DNA of 64,000 nt from an uncultured delta proteobacterium (GTDB lineage: Bacteria; Myxococcota; Myxococcia; Myxococcales; Myxococcaceae): positions 1,024,001-1,088,000 of the forward strand of contig CAVQKE010000003.1 of NCBI GenBank assembly GCA_963713045.1, given 5' to 3'. The notes below the pieces were generated by a model, which searched no databases, was not told where the DNA came from, and saw nothing but the letters and a program-made list of their open reading frames with translations. Shown one piece after another: positions 37,787-48,067 of this stretch (the stretch's first letter is position 1; each line of letters starts with the position of its first letter). A program made the translations under genes and the position numbers.

Positions 37787-38761
37787 TTAGAAGAGGGACA
37801 GCTGCTTCGGCTTCCCTAGGACGCGCGCGTCAAGCCCCGCCGCCGACAGCGCCTGGGCCAACTCGCGGGCAAAGCCGTGGTGGGTGACGACTTCGCTGGC
37901 ACCGGTGGCGCGGGCATACTCCACCAGCGCAGCGCAGTCCGCGTGGTCCGACACTGGGAAGGCGACGTCCGCGCCGTAGCGGCGGGCCGTTCCGCCGTCC
38001 ATCGCCCAACCGGTGAGAACCGCCGTCTCGCGTGGCCAGGGGCGGTTGAGCCGCTGGAAGCGCCAAGCATGGGGCGGAAACACCGCCACCTCGCCAGGCT
38101 TCCAGCTGTTGTCGAAGCGGCGCATTGGCCCCACGTCCACCCCAAACTCGCGGTACAACGCTGAAATGTCGCAGATGCTGGAATGGGCGACCACGGCGTG
38201 TCCGCCCCGGGTCAGCGAGCAGATGACCTCCTGGGCCTTGCCCAGGGCATAGCCCAGCAGCACCGGCGTCGCCCCGCGCTCGAGAGTGGCGTGTACCCAG
38301 GCGTCGACTGCCTTCAGCACTTGGGTCCGGTCGGGAAAAGCGTAGCGCGGGTGCCCGAAGGTGGACTCAATGACCAGGGTGTCACAGCAGGCCACCTGGG
38401 CCGGCTCGGCGGTCAGGGCGGGGGAGAGATTGAGGTCTCCGGTGTAGACGATGCGCCGTCCGTCCGGCCGAGTGACGCGCAGCTGGGCCGAACCGAGGAT
38501 GTGGCCGGCGGGCAACAGCTCGAGCGTCAGGGGCCCAAGCGCGAAAGGCCGATTGTAGGGGGCGCTGAGAGGACCCTCCAGGGCACCCAGCCGATGCGCC
38601 ATCAGCCGCAGCGTTGGGGCGGTGGCGATGACGCGGTCATGGCGAGCGATGTGGTCGGTATGGGCGTGGCTGACGAAGGAGAGTTCACCTTTGCGGCGCG
38701 CGTCCAGGGCGAGCACCGTGCCCGAGAGGTGAAGCCCGCCTCGTCTCAGCTCGACTGCCAT
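37787..38761 (-). CDS. MBL-fold beta-CASP-like nuclease (ligase-associated exonuclease-like)
   Basis: SHAHTDH, PAGHILGSA, YTGD, IESTFG, YALGKAQE, SDHAD. Start taken at ATG 38761. Confidence 0.88.
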   Translation of the reverse strand: MAVELRRGGLHLSGTVLALDARRKGELSFVSHAHTDHIARHDRVIATAPTLRLMAHRLGALEGPLSAPYNRPFALGPLTLELLPAGHILGSAQLRVTRPDGRRIVYTGDLNLSPALTAEPAQVACCDTLVIESTFGHPRYAFPDRTQVLKAVDAWVHATLERGATPVLLGYALGKAQEVICSLTRGGHAVVAHSSICDISALYREFGVDVGPMRRFDNSWKPGEVAVFPPHAWRFQRLNRPWPRETAVLTGWAMDGGTARRYGADVAFPVSDHADCAALVEYARATGASEVVTHHGFARELAQALSAAGLDARVLGKPKQLSLF

Positions 38762-38784
38762 GCGCCGTTTTTGTCCTGTGGACT

Positions 38785-39711
38785 CTATACCGGGCCACGC
38801 CGACGCCGGGCACTGCCCGAGGCACGCACCGCCCAGCTCCAACCCAAAGGGCCAAGCTCCGAGACGAGCACGCCGGCAAGAATCAGTCCGCCTCCTAAGA
38901 CTTCGCGCTGGCCAAGCCTTTCCCGCCCGAGGGCCAGGGAGTAGGCGGTGGCAAACACCGGCTCGAGCGCGTACACCAGCGCCGCTCTCACTGCAGTGGT
39001 GCGCGCCTGCGCCCAGGCCTGCAACAGAAGCGCGACGGCAGTGGCGCCCACGCCGGTGATGAGCACCGCGTTCCAGAGCGGCCAGCTCGCCTGTAGCCTG
39101 GAGCCAAACGCCCAGACCGCCCCCGCGGCGACTGCGGCCACCGTCCACAGCTGGACGGCCACCAGGGGCGCGGGCGCGTGCACCCGCGCCAGCTGCTCGA
39201 GCAGCGTCAGCTGCAGCGCAAAGGCAAGCGCGCAGAGCAGCGTCAACCAGTCGCCCAGCCCGAAACGTGCCGTCACCCCCAACGAGGTGCCACCGGCGAA
39301 GGCCCACAGCCCCAACACGGCGAGGGCCACCCCCAGAAGGCTGGCCGGCGGCGGGCGGCGGCGGTGGACAGCCACCGACAGGAAGGGGACCAAAAGGACG
39401 GAGAGGCCGGTGAGAAACGCGCTCCTGGAGGGCGTGGTGAATTGCAGCCCAGCGGTTTGGGCGGCAAAGCCGACGAAGAGGAGAAGGCCGAGGCCCACGC
39501 CGGCCCGCACCAGCGAGGGCTTGCCCATGCCGCGCCACGCCCAGAGGGTGAGGAGGCCTGCCCCGAGGGTGAAGCGGAGCGCGAGAAAACTGAAGGGGTC
39601 TGCCAGGGCAAGGGCGTCCTTCACCACCACGAAGGTGAGGCCCCACAGGGCAGTGATGGACACCAGCACCGCGTCCGCGCGGCGGGCGTCGCTGGGGGGC
39701 TGTGCGCTCAC
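38785..39711 (-). CDS. DMT/EamA family transporter
   Basis: About 10 hydrophobic segments; WGLTFVVVK, ALRF, QTAGLQFTT, LEPVFA. Confidence 0.92.
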   Translation of the reverse strand: MSAQPPSDARRADAVLVSITALWGLTFVVVKDALALADPFSFLALRFTLGAGLLTLWAWRGMGKPSLVRAGVGLGLLLFVGFAAQTAGLQFTTPSRSAFLTGLSVLLVPFLSVAVHRRRPPPASLLGVALAVLGLWAFAGGTSLGVTARFGLGDWLTLLCALAFALQLTLLEQLARVHAPAPLVAVQLWTVAAVAAGAVWAFGSRLQASWPLWNAVLITGVGATAVALLLQAWAQARTTAVRAALVYALEPVFATAYSLALGRERLGQREVLGGGLILAGVLVSELGPLGWSWAVRASGSARRRRGPV

Positions 39712-40799
39712 GGGACGAAGAAGAAGACGATGGCGAGGAGCGCATAGACACCGAGCAGCATCGCCCCCTCGAGCCAGTTGGACTCCCCGTCGAGCGCGAT
39801 GATGGTGGTCGCCCCGACGGAGATGGCCAGCGCCACCACCTCCAGCTGGGAAAACTCGAGGGTCAGCGGGTGCCCGAGAGACCTCGAGACGAGCACCAGC
39901 AGCGGGGCGATGAGGAGGGCAATCTGCTTGCTGGATTCGAGGCAGATGGAGAAGGCGAGCTCCACCTTGTCGCGCACCGCCATCAGCACTGCGCTCGAGT
40001 GCTCGGCCGCGTTGGCTACCACGGCGATGATGACCACCCCGACGAATGTCGAGGTGAGACCCCAGGCAACCGTGGCCGGTTTGAGCGCCCGCACCAGCAC
40101 CTCGGCCACGGCCACCGTCCCGAGGGTCGCAGCACCGAGAAGCGCCACCGCCTGTTTGGTACTCCAGCGCGGCTCCTCATCGTCGCTCTCCTCCCCCTCG
40201 AAGAGTTGGGCGTGCGTCTTCAGCGAGAAAAGGAGGGACAGCCCATAGAGCAACAGCAGGACCACCGAGACGGCCAAGGAAAGCGGCCGCATCAGCGGTG
40301 CGGCGGCCTGTCCGAGCGCCAGATGGAAGAGGTTGGGGATGACCAGTCCCGTCACCGCCAGGTACATGAGCGCCACGCCGGACAGCACGGCGGTGGCATT
40401 GAAGACTTGGCGCTCCCGCCCGACGCCGCCCGCGAAGACGGCCCCGCCCAGCACCAGCAGCAGGTTGCAGATGACGCTGCCGGTAATCGAGGCCTTCACC
40501 ACCGCGGTCTCCCCGGCCCGGAGGGCCAAAAGAGCGATGATTAATTCCGCCGCGTTGCCGAAGGTGGCATTCAACAGCCCCCCGAGCCCGGCACCTGCGC
40601 GGTGAGCGATGGCCTCGGTGCTGGCCCCCATCCAGTGAGCGAGCGGGACAATGGCCAACGCGGCGAGGATGAAGGTAACCGCTCCGCCGTGGAGCCAGCC
40701 GGAAAGAAGCGCCGCGGGCACCAGAAGGAGCATCACCACGAAGGCGCCGTCAAGCGAACGCCATCGAAAACGAGAAACGGCAGAAGGTGCGCGCGTCAT
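39708..40799 (-). CDS. Calcium/proton exchanger (CAX family)
   Basis: GGLLNATFGNAAELII, GSVICNLLLVLG, NAAEH, SNWLEG. Confidence 0.94.
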   Translation of the reverse strand: MTRAPSAVSRFRWRSLDGAFVVMLLLVPAALLSGWLHGGAVTFILAALAIVPLAHWMGASTEAIAHRAGAGLGGLLNATFGNAAELIIALLALRAGETAVVKASITGSVICNLLLVLGGAVFAGGVGRERQVFNATAVLSGVALMYLAVTGLVIPNLFHLALGQAAAPLMRPLSLAVSVVLLLLYGLSLLFSLKTHAQLFEGEESDDEEPRWSTKQAVALLGAATLGTVAVAEVLVRALKPATVAWGLTSTFVGVVIIAVVANAAEHSSAVLMAVRDKVELAFSICLESSKQIALLIAPLLVLVSRSLGHPLTLEFSQLEVVALAISVGATTIIALDGESNWLEGAMLLGVYALLAIVFFFVP

Positions 40800-40887
40800 G
40801 GGACGGCGCGCGTTCTCCCCCGGGAGGTGGAGCGCCTGCAAGGGGGACGAACCGCAGCCGTCGGCCCCACCCAGCGCGGCCGGTTGA

Positions 40888-41898
40888 CTAAGCCCGCGCC
40901 CAGCGTTCCACCCCGTCTCCTTCGCTTCGACGAACGCGCCCGTCTTCCTCCATCACCTCGAGATTCCCCACCACTTCCGAGAGGGTGAGGAAAAGCCTTG
41001 GGCCCTCGTGCTCCCCGAAGAGGGCCTGCGTCAGTGCGTAGCTGGTGGCGGGGCCAGTGGCCAATGCGGCAAGCACCTTGTCTTGCCGGCGGGCGTAGAA
41101 CCCGAAGAGTCGCTCCAGCAGCGGCCGCAGTTGTTGAAAGGGCTCCCCATGCCCAGGGAGAACCCAGTCCACGTCGAGTGTCAGAACGTGCCGGATGGAG
41201 GCGAAGTAGTGGACCAGGGCTCGACTGGTACGGACCGGCCCCTCGCCCTGCAACTCCAGGAAGGGATTGGGGGAGGTCCGCGCCAGAATGTGGTCATCGG
41301 CGAAGAGGAGATGGTGCTCGGCGTCAAAAAGACACACCAGCCCCGGAGTATGGCCCGGCAGGTGAAGCACTTCCGCCCCGAAGCGGGCAAAGCGCAGACG
41401 CTGTCCGGCGGCGAGGGGCTGAGTGCGCTCGGCGTCAATGCGCCGGCTGTACTTTCCGCTAAAACGTCCAAAGGCAACCAGCCGATCCAGCTGCTCGGTC
41501 GGCACTCCGGAACGCACCATGAAGGCACGGTAACGCGGTGCGCGGCGGTCCCAGCTGTCCGGTCCGACGGCCTTGTGGGCATCGGCTGGGTGAATGAAGA
41601 CGGCCGCCCCGCTCTCCTCGGACAACGTCTGGGCCAGTCCATAGTGGTCGACGTGCCCATGGCTGACCAACAGACGGGTGCAGCGTCGCAAATCGATGGC
41701 TCTTTCAGCAGCCCCGGCCCGTAGCGCCGCTTCGCCCTCGGCGGTGCCAATGCCGCAGTCGAAAAGCGCCCAGCCTCCCTCGTCCTCCAAAGCGTAGACG
41801 TTGACCGGGCCTCCCGCGTCCGCGAATGGCACTGGCAGGGGAATGCGGCTGATGCCCAGCGAAGCGAGGAAGACGTCGCTTTGGGAGGAACCAGGCAT
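40888..41898 (-). CDS. MBL-fold metallo-hydrolase
   Basis: PVNVY, DCG, SHGHVDHYG, PGHTPG, DHIL...PNP, PGHG. Confidence 0.92.
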   Translation of the reverse strand: MPGSSQSDVFLASLGISRIPLPVPFADAGGPVNVYALEDEGGWALFDCGIGTAEGEAALRAGAAERAIDLRRCTRLLVSHGHVDHYGLAQTLSEESGAAVFIHPADAHKAVGPDSWDRRAPRYRAFMVRSGVPTEQLDRLVAFGRFSGKYSRRIDAERTQPLAAGQRLRFARFGAEVLHLPGHTPGLVCLFDAEHHLLFADDHILARTSPNPFLELQGEGPVRTSRALVHYFASIRHVLTLDVDWVLPGHGEPFQQLRPLLERLFGFYARRQDKVLAALATGPATSYALTQALFGEHEGPRLFLTLSEVVGNLEVMEEDGRVRRSEGDGVERWARA

Positions 41899-41916
41899 GG
41901 GCGGAGGGACGGCTTG

Positions 41917-42885
41917 CTACTTCGAGCTGTGAATGGCGGCCCGCAACTCCGGAAGCACCTTGAAAAGGTCGCCCACAATGCCGTAGTCCGCCACCTGAAA
42001 GATGGGAGCCTCCGGGTCCTTGTTGATGGCGACAATGACTTTGCTGCCCTTCATTCCCGCCAGGTGCTGGATGGCTCCGGAGATGCCGGCAGCGACATAC
42101 AGCTGGGGAGCCACCACCTTGCCCGTCTGGCCGACTTGCCAGTCGTTGGGAACCCAGCCCGCGTCGGCGGCAGCGCGCGAGGCGCCGACCGCAGCGCCGA
42201 GCTCGTCGGCCAGCGCCTCGACTTCCTTGAAGTCGCCTTTGGTTCCCCGGCCGCCGGAGATGACAATTCTGGCCTCGGTGAGCTCGGGCCGAGCGCTCTT
42301 CACTTCTTTGAAGTCGACAAAAACCGTGGGGCTGGGTGGCAGCGCCCCCACCGGGAAGACTTTCACCTCCGCCGGTGACTGCCCAGCCGCAGCCGCGGGA
42401 AATTCGGTGGCGCGAATGGTAAAGGCCTTGAGCGCCGTCTTCAGCTTGACGTCCGCGAGGACGGCGCCGGCCCACATCGGCCGGGTGAAGGCGACGTCCG
42501 CTCCGGAACCGGAGAAGGCCAGCACATCCGAAGCCATCGCCGCCCGCAGCCGAGCAGCCAAGCGTGGGAGCAAGTCACGCCCCTGCGCCGTCGCCGCGGC
42601 TCCAACGAAGTTCGCGCCGATGCTCTTCGCCAACTCGGCCAGCGGCGGGGTGTACGTCTCGGCCAGGTAGTGGACGAAGCCCGGCGAGGCAAGGGTGTGG
42701 ATGACTTTGGCCCCGACGTCCCGAAGCCGCCCGGTCAGCGGAGCCGGGTTGTCGGCGACCACCGCCAGGTGCAACTCGGCTTGGGCCTTGGCGGCGAGGT
42801 CTGCGCCGGCGGCCACGGCATGCAGGGTGGCCTTGCGCAACTGCCCGTCGGGTTGGCGCTCTGCGACGATGAGGACGACTGACAT
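41917..42885 (-). CDS. etfA: Electron transfer flavoprotein alpha subunit
   Basis: ELTEARIVISGGRG, AVGASRAAAD, QVGQTGK, GISGAIQH.AGM, INKDPEAPIF. Confidence 0.97.
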   Translation of the reverse strand: MSVVLIVAERQPDGQLRKATLHAVAAGADLAAKAQAELHLAVVADNPAPLTGRLRDVGAKVIHTLASPGFVHYLAETYTPPLAELAKSIGANFVGAAATAQGRDLLPRLAARLRAAMASDVLAFSGSGADVAFTRPMWAGAVLADVKLKTALKAFTIRATEFPAAAAGQSPAEVKVFPVGALPPSPTVFVDFKEVKSARPELTEARIVISGGRGTKGDFKEVEALADELGAAVGASRAAADAGWVPNDWQVGQTGKVVAPQLYVAAGISGAIQHLAGMKGSKVIVAINKDPEAPIFQVADYGIVGDLFKVLPELRAAIHSSK

Positions 42886-42906
42886 GGCGCGTGGCTCCCC
42901 GACGGG

Positions 42907-43704
42907 CTAGAGGACTTTGGCTTCGTTCTTGAGCTTGAGAAAAAGCTCCTGGACGTCGCCCACCTTGACGCCGGCCTTGCGCGGCGGAGGTGGGGTGAGG
43001 CGCAGCACCTCCACTTGGAGGTTGACGTCCACGCCGAGGCCAGCCGGTGTCAGTTCCTCGACGGGCTTATTCTTGGCCTTCATGATGCCCGGCAATGAGG
43101 CGTAGCGAGGCTGGTTGAGGCGCAAGTCGGTGGTGACGACGGCCGGGAGAGTGCAAGCGAGGGTGGTCAGTCCGCTGTCGACTTCGCGCACCACCTGAAT
43201 GGTTTTCCCGTCGGCGGACAACTGCAGCGCCGGCGCCTTGGCCTTCTCTGCTTCGCTCTCCAGTGAGTCCAGCTTGGAGGCAAAGGTGGCTTGCCCCCAC
43301 CCGAGCCACTCCGCCAGGTATTGCCCGGTCTGCCCCTGGTCGTCGTCAATGGACTGCTTGCCGAGGATGCAGAGGTCGGGCTTCTCTTTGTCCACCACCT
43401 TCTGCAGGAGTCCGGCGGCCCCCATTGGGTCCAGTGGACCCGGGTGGTTCACCCACACCGCCCGCGCAGCGCCCATCGCCAATGCGTGGCGCAGCTGCTC
43501 CTGTACGTCCTTGGCGCCGATGGACACCACCACCACCTCACCTCCGTGCTTCGCGGTGAGACGGAGGCCCTCTTCCACGGCAATCTCGTCGAAGGGGTTC
43601 ATCTTGTACTTGAGGCCCTCCTGGACAATTCCCGAGCCGTCCGCCTTCACCTTGATTTTGGATTCGGGGTCTTCGACCCGCTTCGCGGTGACGAGGATTT
43701 TCAT
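42907..43704 (-). CDS. etfB: Electron transfer flavoprotein beta subunit
   Basis: MKILVTAKRVEDP, MNPFDEIAVEE, ALAMGA, GKQSIDDD, PRYASLPGIMKAK. Confidence 0.97.
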   Translation of the reverse strand: MKILVTAKRVEDPESKIKVKADGSGIVQEGLKYKMNPFDEIAVEEGLRLTAKHGGEVVVVSIGAKDVQEQLRHALAMGAARAVWVNHPGPLDPMGAAGLLQKVVDKEKPDLCILGKQSIDDDQGQTGQYLAEWLGWGQATFASKLDSLESEAEKAKAPALQLSADGKTIQVVREVDSGLTTLACTLPAVVTTDLRLNQPRYASLPGIMKAKNKPVEELTPAGLGVDVNLQVEVLRLTPPPPRKAGVKVGDVQELFLKLKNEAKVL

Positions 43705-43750
43705 GGGCTTGGCTTCCTCGAGGTGCGTGACGCGCTGCGCAGCAGACGAG

Positions 43751-43770
43751 GGTTGATTTACGCGTCAACC
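43751..43770. promoter_or_regulatory. Palindromic operator-like site upstream of etfBA
   Basis: GGTTGA-TTTACGCG-TCAACC about 47 nt upstream of the etfB start. A further TCAACCG copy lies at 43780-43786. Confidence 0.5.
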
Positions 43771-43858
43771 GAGGCCGAATCAACCGTTTCTAAAAAGGGC
43801 GCTGCCACCCCGCGTCGGCCGCTGAGGCCGCAGCCGCGCAGGCGTCGTGAGGCCGCCG

Positions 43859-46603
43859 CTACGCCTCCTCGGGGTCGAGTTCCCACAGCTGAGCCGCCCC
43901 AACGTCATCGCGCGCCCTCCACCGCGAAAGCTCGTTTGCCGACAGCCCTGCCTGCGCTGGGGGCAGCTCCACCGCCAACCGCACCGCGGCACCGTCCCCG
44001 TCCTCGGCTGCGACCAGCTCGACCGCACGGGCGAGTGCTGGAGAGGCCAGCGCCAGTTCGCCTCGGAGGTCCCGGTAGGAGACGCCTCTGCCCGCAATGA
44101 CGGCGGCGCGGACACGAATGCCGGCGGCCCGCGCGGCGTAGGCCACTTCGCGCGCGAAGCGGAGGGTACGGACGGCGGCCCAGCCAGGCTCGTCCCCCTC
44201 CTCCTCGAAGCAGGCCGCCAAAAGGTAGGCTCCCATCTGCACGACGCTGGTCTGGCTCGAGCCAATCCAGGCCCGGGCCCGAAGCGCCGCCCGCGCCAGC
44301 ACTTCCTGCGCCGCTCCGGTGGCCGCGTTGGCGCCGGGGGGCGCCACGGCCAGGCCGAGGTAGGCCACCAGCGGCACCGACGGCCGCGGCCGGCCCGCCG
44401 TCAGCTGCTCGAGGACGGCTGGGTTTGGGTCGAGTGCCATGAAGGCCCTCAGCAGCGCGAGGTCCCGGCCAGTTTCGGGGATTTCGCCCCGCAGCAGGCG
44501 TTGCGGTCGGTCTGCCCCGCCCGGCGCCCCGTCCGGGGGCGGGCTGTCCAGTCGGCGCGCGCGCCTGTCCCACCACGGAAGCAAGACGGCGTTGGAGGCG
44601 GCAGGCGCCGGCACCCAGCGTCCTCCGCGCTCGAGCAGGACGTCGGCGTTGGCCAGCGCCTCGTAGCAAAGCCCGTCCATTGGAAGAAAGTGGACGCGTC
44701 GGACCGACTCGCCTTGGTCCAGCTCGTCCGTCACCGCCAGCGGGACGCGAAGGCACTCCTTCAGCTGGTCGGCCAAGCGCTCCTCGGTGAGGGTTTCCAG
44801 CTCGGCCACGAAGACGCCGACTCTCCTCCACTCGGAGGCCATGGCACGCACCTCGTCGGTCAGCACCCGGAAGACGTCGAAAAGCGAGGCCAGGCGCTCG
44901 GCTTCCCGGACCACGAGGGCCACGAGTTCTCGCAGACGCTGACGAATCTCTTCCAGGCGCTCGGGACGTACCAGGTATTCCAGGCCATCAAATTCCATCG
45001 CCGAGACGTCACGCGGCTCGAGCGCGCGCAGGCAGCTGCGAACCGAAACGTAGGTGACGCCTTCGATGAGGGCGGCGCGCTCGCCCGAGGCCTGTCGGGC
45101 TTGCAGGTGGACCGGTAGCGCCCTCCTCAGAAGGGCCCGCTGCTGGGAGAAGCGCGCTCCAGCCAAGAAGGGCTCCCCCTCCTGATAGAGCTGAGCATCC
45201 AAGGGCAGCCGCCCCGCGCGAAACAGCGCCCCGACCACATGCGAAAGCGGTCCGCCCACCGACGTGGTGAAGGCCATGTCGCCCTGGCTGGCTGGACCAG
45301 GGAGCTCCGCAACGTCGGTCCGCCGGAGGTAGCGGCGGTCTCCAGAGAAAATGTGGTGCGTCTTATTGACTTGAACCAGGCCGGACGCACCCAGGGCGTG
45401 GCCAAAGGTCAACAGTCCCCCGTAGGGATTGGACCACCCATCTCGAATTCGGTCCGTTGCCTGCTCCCAGCCGAACCCCAGCGAGAGGAGGAAGGCGAGC
45501 TCGATGCTGGGGAAAGCGTCATGGACGACGGCGAAGGAGCAGGCCGGTAATGTGCTCAGCGGTACCCGGGCGTCATCCGCGGTGGCAGCCAATGCCTCCC
45601 GTGTCGCCGTCGCGAAGACCAGCGGGGACTGACGGCGCAGGAAGCTCGAGTTGCTTGAGCCCTCGCCCACCCCCAGCGCCTCCACCACGGGACCGCCCGG
45701 GAAGCGTGGAAGCTGGGCCCGGGCCACTTGTGCAACCAGCTCCTCATCCGAGGTGACGATGGTGGCGGCCGCACCGCAGCAGGGCGCGGCGATGTCCGTC
45801 CCGTCGAAGTACGGCGTGCGGCGGGCGCTTCGCTTGGCGGTGCGGCCCGACTGCATCGCCGCCGGGTAGGCTTGGGCCCCGAGGAATTTCCGCTCCGAGA
45901 CGCGGGCCAGAAATTCTTCCACCTGCGTCCGGGTCTGCCCGAAGCAGCGGCGCATCGCATCCATCAGCAGGTCACCCACCACCAGCATGTCCAACCCTCG
46001 CGCCTGGTCCTCTTCTCCGAGGACGGTGCGAATCTGGTACTGCGAGGCGTAGCCGGACGGGATGACTTGCCCCGCCACCACCAGCACGGTGGCTGGGCGC
46101 TCGGAGGTTCGGGCAGCGCGGACGGCCTGGGCGAAGGCCCAGGCCCCGCTGTCACTGGTGCCAACCACGAATTGGCACCCCGCCCGCCGCGAAAGGCCCA
46201 GCTGTGCCTGCAGCATCTGCGGCACCAGGCCAATATTCATCCGCTCGTTGGGGTCAAGTCCCGGCATCGAGGTGACCACCAAGTCGGTGACGCGCTCGCA
46301 GGTCCGCCGGTAGACGGGCTCTCCGAGCAAGGTGTGCAGGGTAGAAAGGGCGCGGTGGGCTGAGGAGGCGAGGAGGTCCACCAGCCCAATGGGCGAGGAG
46401 TAGCCGAAGTCTCGCTCCCAGTCTTCTGGCTTGGCCCGGCCGTCCTCGGAGCGGTTGGGGTAGCGGAAAAAGAGTCTGCTCAATTCCTCGGGCGGGGGCT
46501 CTGGAGCGGGGTCCGCTAGCCAAGCCGCGGAGCGCTGCTCGGGGCGAAGGTAGCGCGGGTTGGCGCTGTACTCTCCGGCGATGACGTAAACGCGGCGACG
46601 CAT
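43859..46603 (-). CDS. Large thiolase-fold protein (non-canonical active site) with a C-terminal degenerate class III nucleotide cyclase-like domain
   Basis: HDAFPSIEL, NPYGGLLTFGHALGASG and CCGAAA motifs in the N-terminal half. C-terminal VVQMGAYLLAACF...IRVRAAVIAG...ASPALARAVEL. Start inferred at ATG 46603. Confidence 0.8.
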   Translation of the reverse strand: MRRRVYVIAGEYSANPRYLRPEQRSAAWLADPAPEPPPEELSRLFFRYPNRSEDGRAKPEDWERDFGYSSPIGLVDLLASSAHRALSTLHTLLGEPVYRRTCERVTDLVVTSMPGLDPNERMNIGLVPQMLQAQLGLSRRAGCQFVVGTSDSGAWAFAQAVRAARTSERPATVLVVAGQVIPSGYASQYQIRTVLGEEDQARGLDMLVVGDLLMDAMRRCFGQTRTQVEEFLARVSERKFLGAQAYPAAMQSGRTAKRSARRTPYFDGTDIAAPCCGAAATIVTSDEELVAQVARAQLPRFPGGPVVEALGVGEGSSNSSFLRRQSPLVFATATREALAATADDARVPLSTLPACSFAVVHDAFPSIELAFLLSLGFGWEQATDRIRDGWSNPYGGLLTFGHALGASGLVQVNKTHHIFSGDRRYLRRTDVAELPGPASQGDMAFTTSVGGPLSHVVGALFRAGRLPLDAQLYQEGEPFLAGARFSQQRALLRRALPVHLQARQASGERAALIEGVTYVSVRSCLRALEPRDVSAMEFDGLEYLVRPERLEEIRQRLRELVALVVREAERLASLFDVFRVLTDEVRAMASEWRRVGVFVAELETLTEERLADQLKECLRVPLAVTDELDQGESVRRVHFLPMDGLCYEALANADVLLERGGRWVPAPAASNAVLLPWWDRRARRLDSPPPDGAPGGADRPQRLLRGEIPETGRDLALLRAFMALDPNPAVLEQLTAGRPRPSVPLVAYLGLAVAPPGANAATGAAQEVLARAALRARAWIGSSQTSVVQMGAYLLAACFEEEGDEPGWAAVRTLRFAREVAYAARAAGIRVRAAVIAGRGVSYRDLRGELALASPALARAVELVAAEDGDGAAVRLAVELPPAQAGLSANELSRWRARDDVGAAQLWELDPEEA

Positions 46604-46857
46604 CTGCAAGGTCACCAGACCACGGCACTTGGGTGAAGGACCAGTCGAAGCGACGGGACTGCTGCACCCGTCCAATGGCGAGACGGCACGCGCGCGAACA
46701 GGGGCTTTCCTATTTTGGGTTGGGTGGTCCTCCTTTCGAGCTGGCTGGTGGCCGCTCGTGGACTGTCTTGTCGCAGTGCAGCAGCGCCATTTTGATTGGA
46801 AGCCCTGCTTCCGTGGTACGGAGGCAGCGCTGTTACTGCGAAGGGAGGCTTGTCCCT

Positions 46858-48067
46858 GTGAAGCTCCTCGGTGCGTTCGGAAAGAGTCTGCTCGCGGTTC
46901 TGCTGTTCCTCCCGTCGGCCTACGCCCAGGACGTGGTGCGCCTCGGCGCGGTGCTGCCGGTCACCGGGAAGGAGTCGAAAATCGGCAGCGCCTACAAACA
47001 GGCCACCGAGCTGGCGGTGAAGGAGGTCAACGACGCGGGCGGTGTGCTGGTGGGCGGGAAGAAGTTGAAAATCGAGCTGAGCCTTTTGGACGACACCTCG
47101 GATGCGGCAAAGAGCGCCCAGTTGGTCGAACAGCTCATCACCGAAGCCAAAGTGCACGCCGTCATCGGCGGCTATGGCTCGCAGCTGGTCCAGGCACAGT
47201 CGGTGGTTCCCGAACGCTACGGAATTCCGTTCATCACCGGCGGTGCCGGAGCGACCAGCATCTACGGACGCAGCAAGTGGGTTTTCGGCACCCTCTCTCC
47301 GGTGGAGCATCTGGCCCGCACCCAGATGGAATTCCTCCAGGACCTGGTCACCAGCGGGAAGTTGAAAGCTCCGCTGTCGATTGCCCTCATTACCGAGCAG
47401 ACCGAGCACGGGAACGACTACGCCAAGGGCGTGAAGGAGTACGTCGCCGCTCACCCTGGGGTGTGGAACATCCCGCTCGAACAGAAGTTCGAGCTTTACA
47501 CGACTGACTACCGTCCTCTCCTCGGGCGGGTTCAGGCAGCCAAGGCCGACCTCTTCATGGCCGACGCGCATCTCGAGGACTTCATCAGCATGCAGCGGAC
47601 GTATGCCCAGATGGGCTTACGCAATCAGATGATTACCTACGGCGCCCGGGGCGCCGATGAAAAGGCGCGCAAGGGGCTGGGGCCGGCGGTGGACTACATC
47701 TTCGCCAGCGGCTGGTGGTCGGGCCTCCTCCCCTACCCTCAGGTCAAGGCTTTCAACGCCCGCTACAAGGCGGCCACCGGCGTCACGCCGGAGTGGTACC
47801 ACGCCCTGGCCTACGAGACAGTTCCGAGCGCTGCTGGTCGCACTGCACGACGCCGGCTCGCTGGAGCCGGAGAAAGTGCGCAGTGCGCTGGTGCATTTGC
47901 GTCTCACCGACTCCATCCTCCCTGGCGGCGTGCTGTTTTTTACCAGCAGCGGGCAGGCCGACCTCCCCTTCGTCGTGACCCAGAACAAACCCGGCGGCAA
48001 GGTGGACCTGGTCTGGCCCAAGGACTCCAAGACTGGCGATACGGTTGCCCCCATTCCCTGGCCGTGA
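46858..48067 (+). CDS. Branched-chain amino acid (LIV-type) ABC transporter substrate-binding protein, +1 frameshift at about 47824
   Basis: GTG start with GGGAGG RBS, signal peptide, VRLGAVLPVTG, EVNDAGG, DDTSD, GGYGS. AYETV continues as RALLVAL..AGSLEPEKVR...VWP in the next frame. Confidence 0.88.

Noticed and set aside
38762..39751. Long N-terminal extension on the MBL nuclease (654-aa ORF)
   Set aside because: It is an alternate frame of the EamA gene. The nuclease homology starts at ATG 38761.
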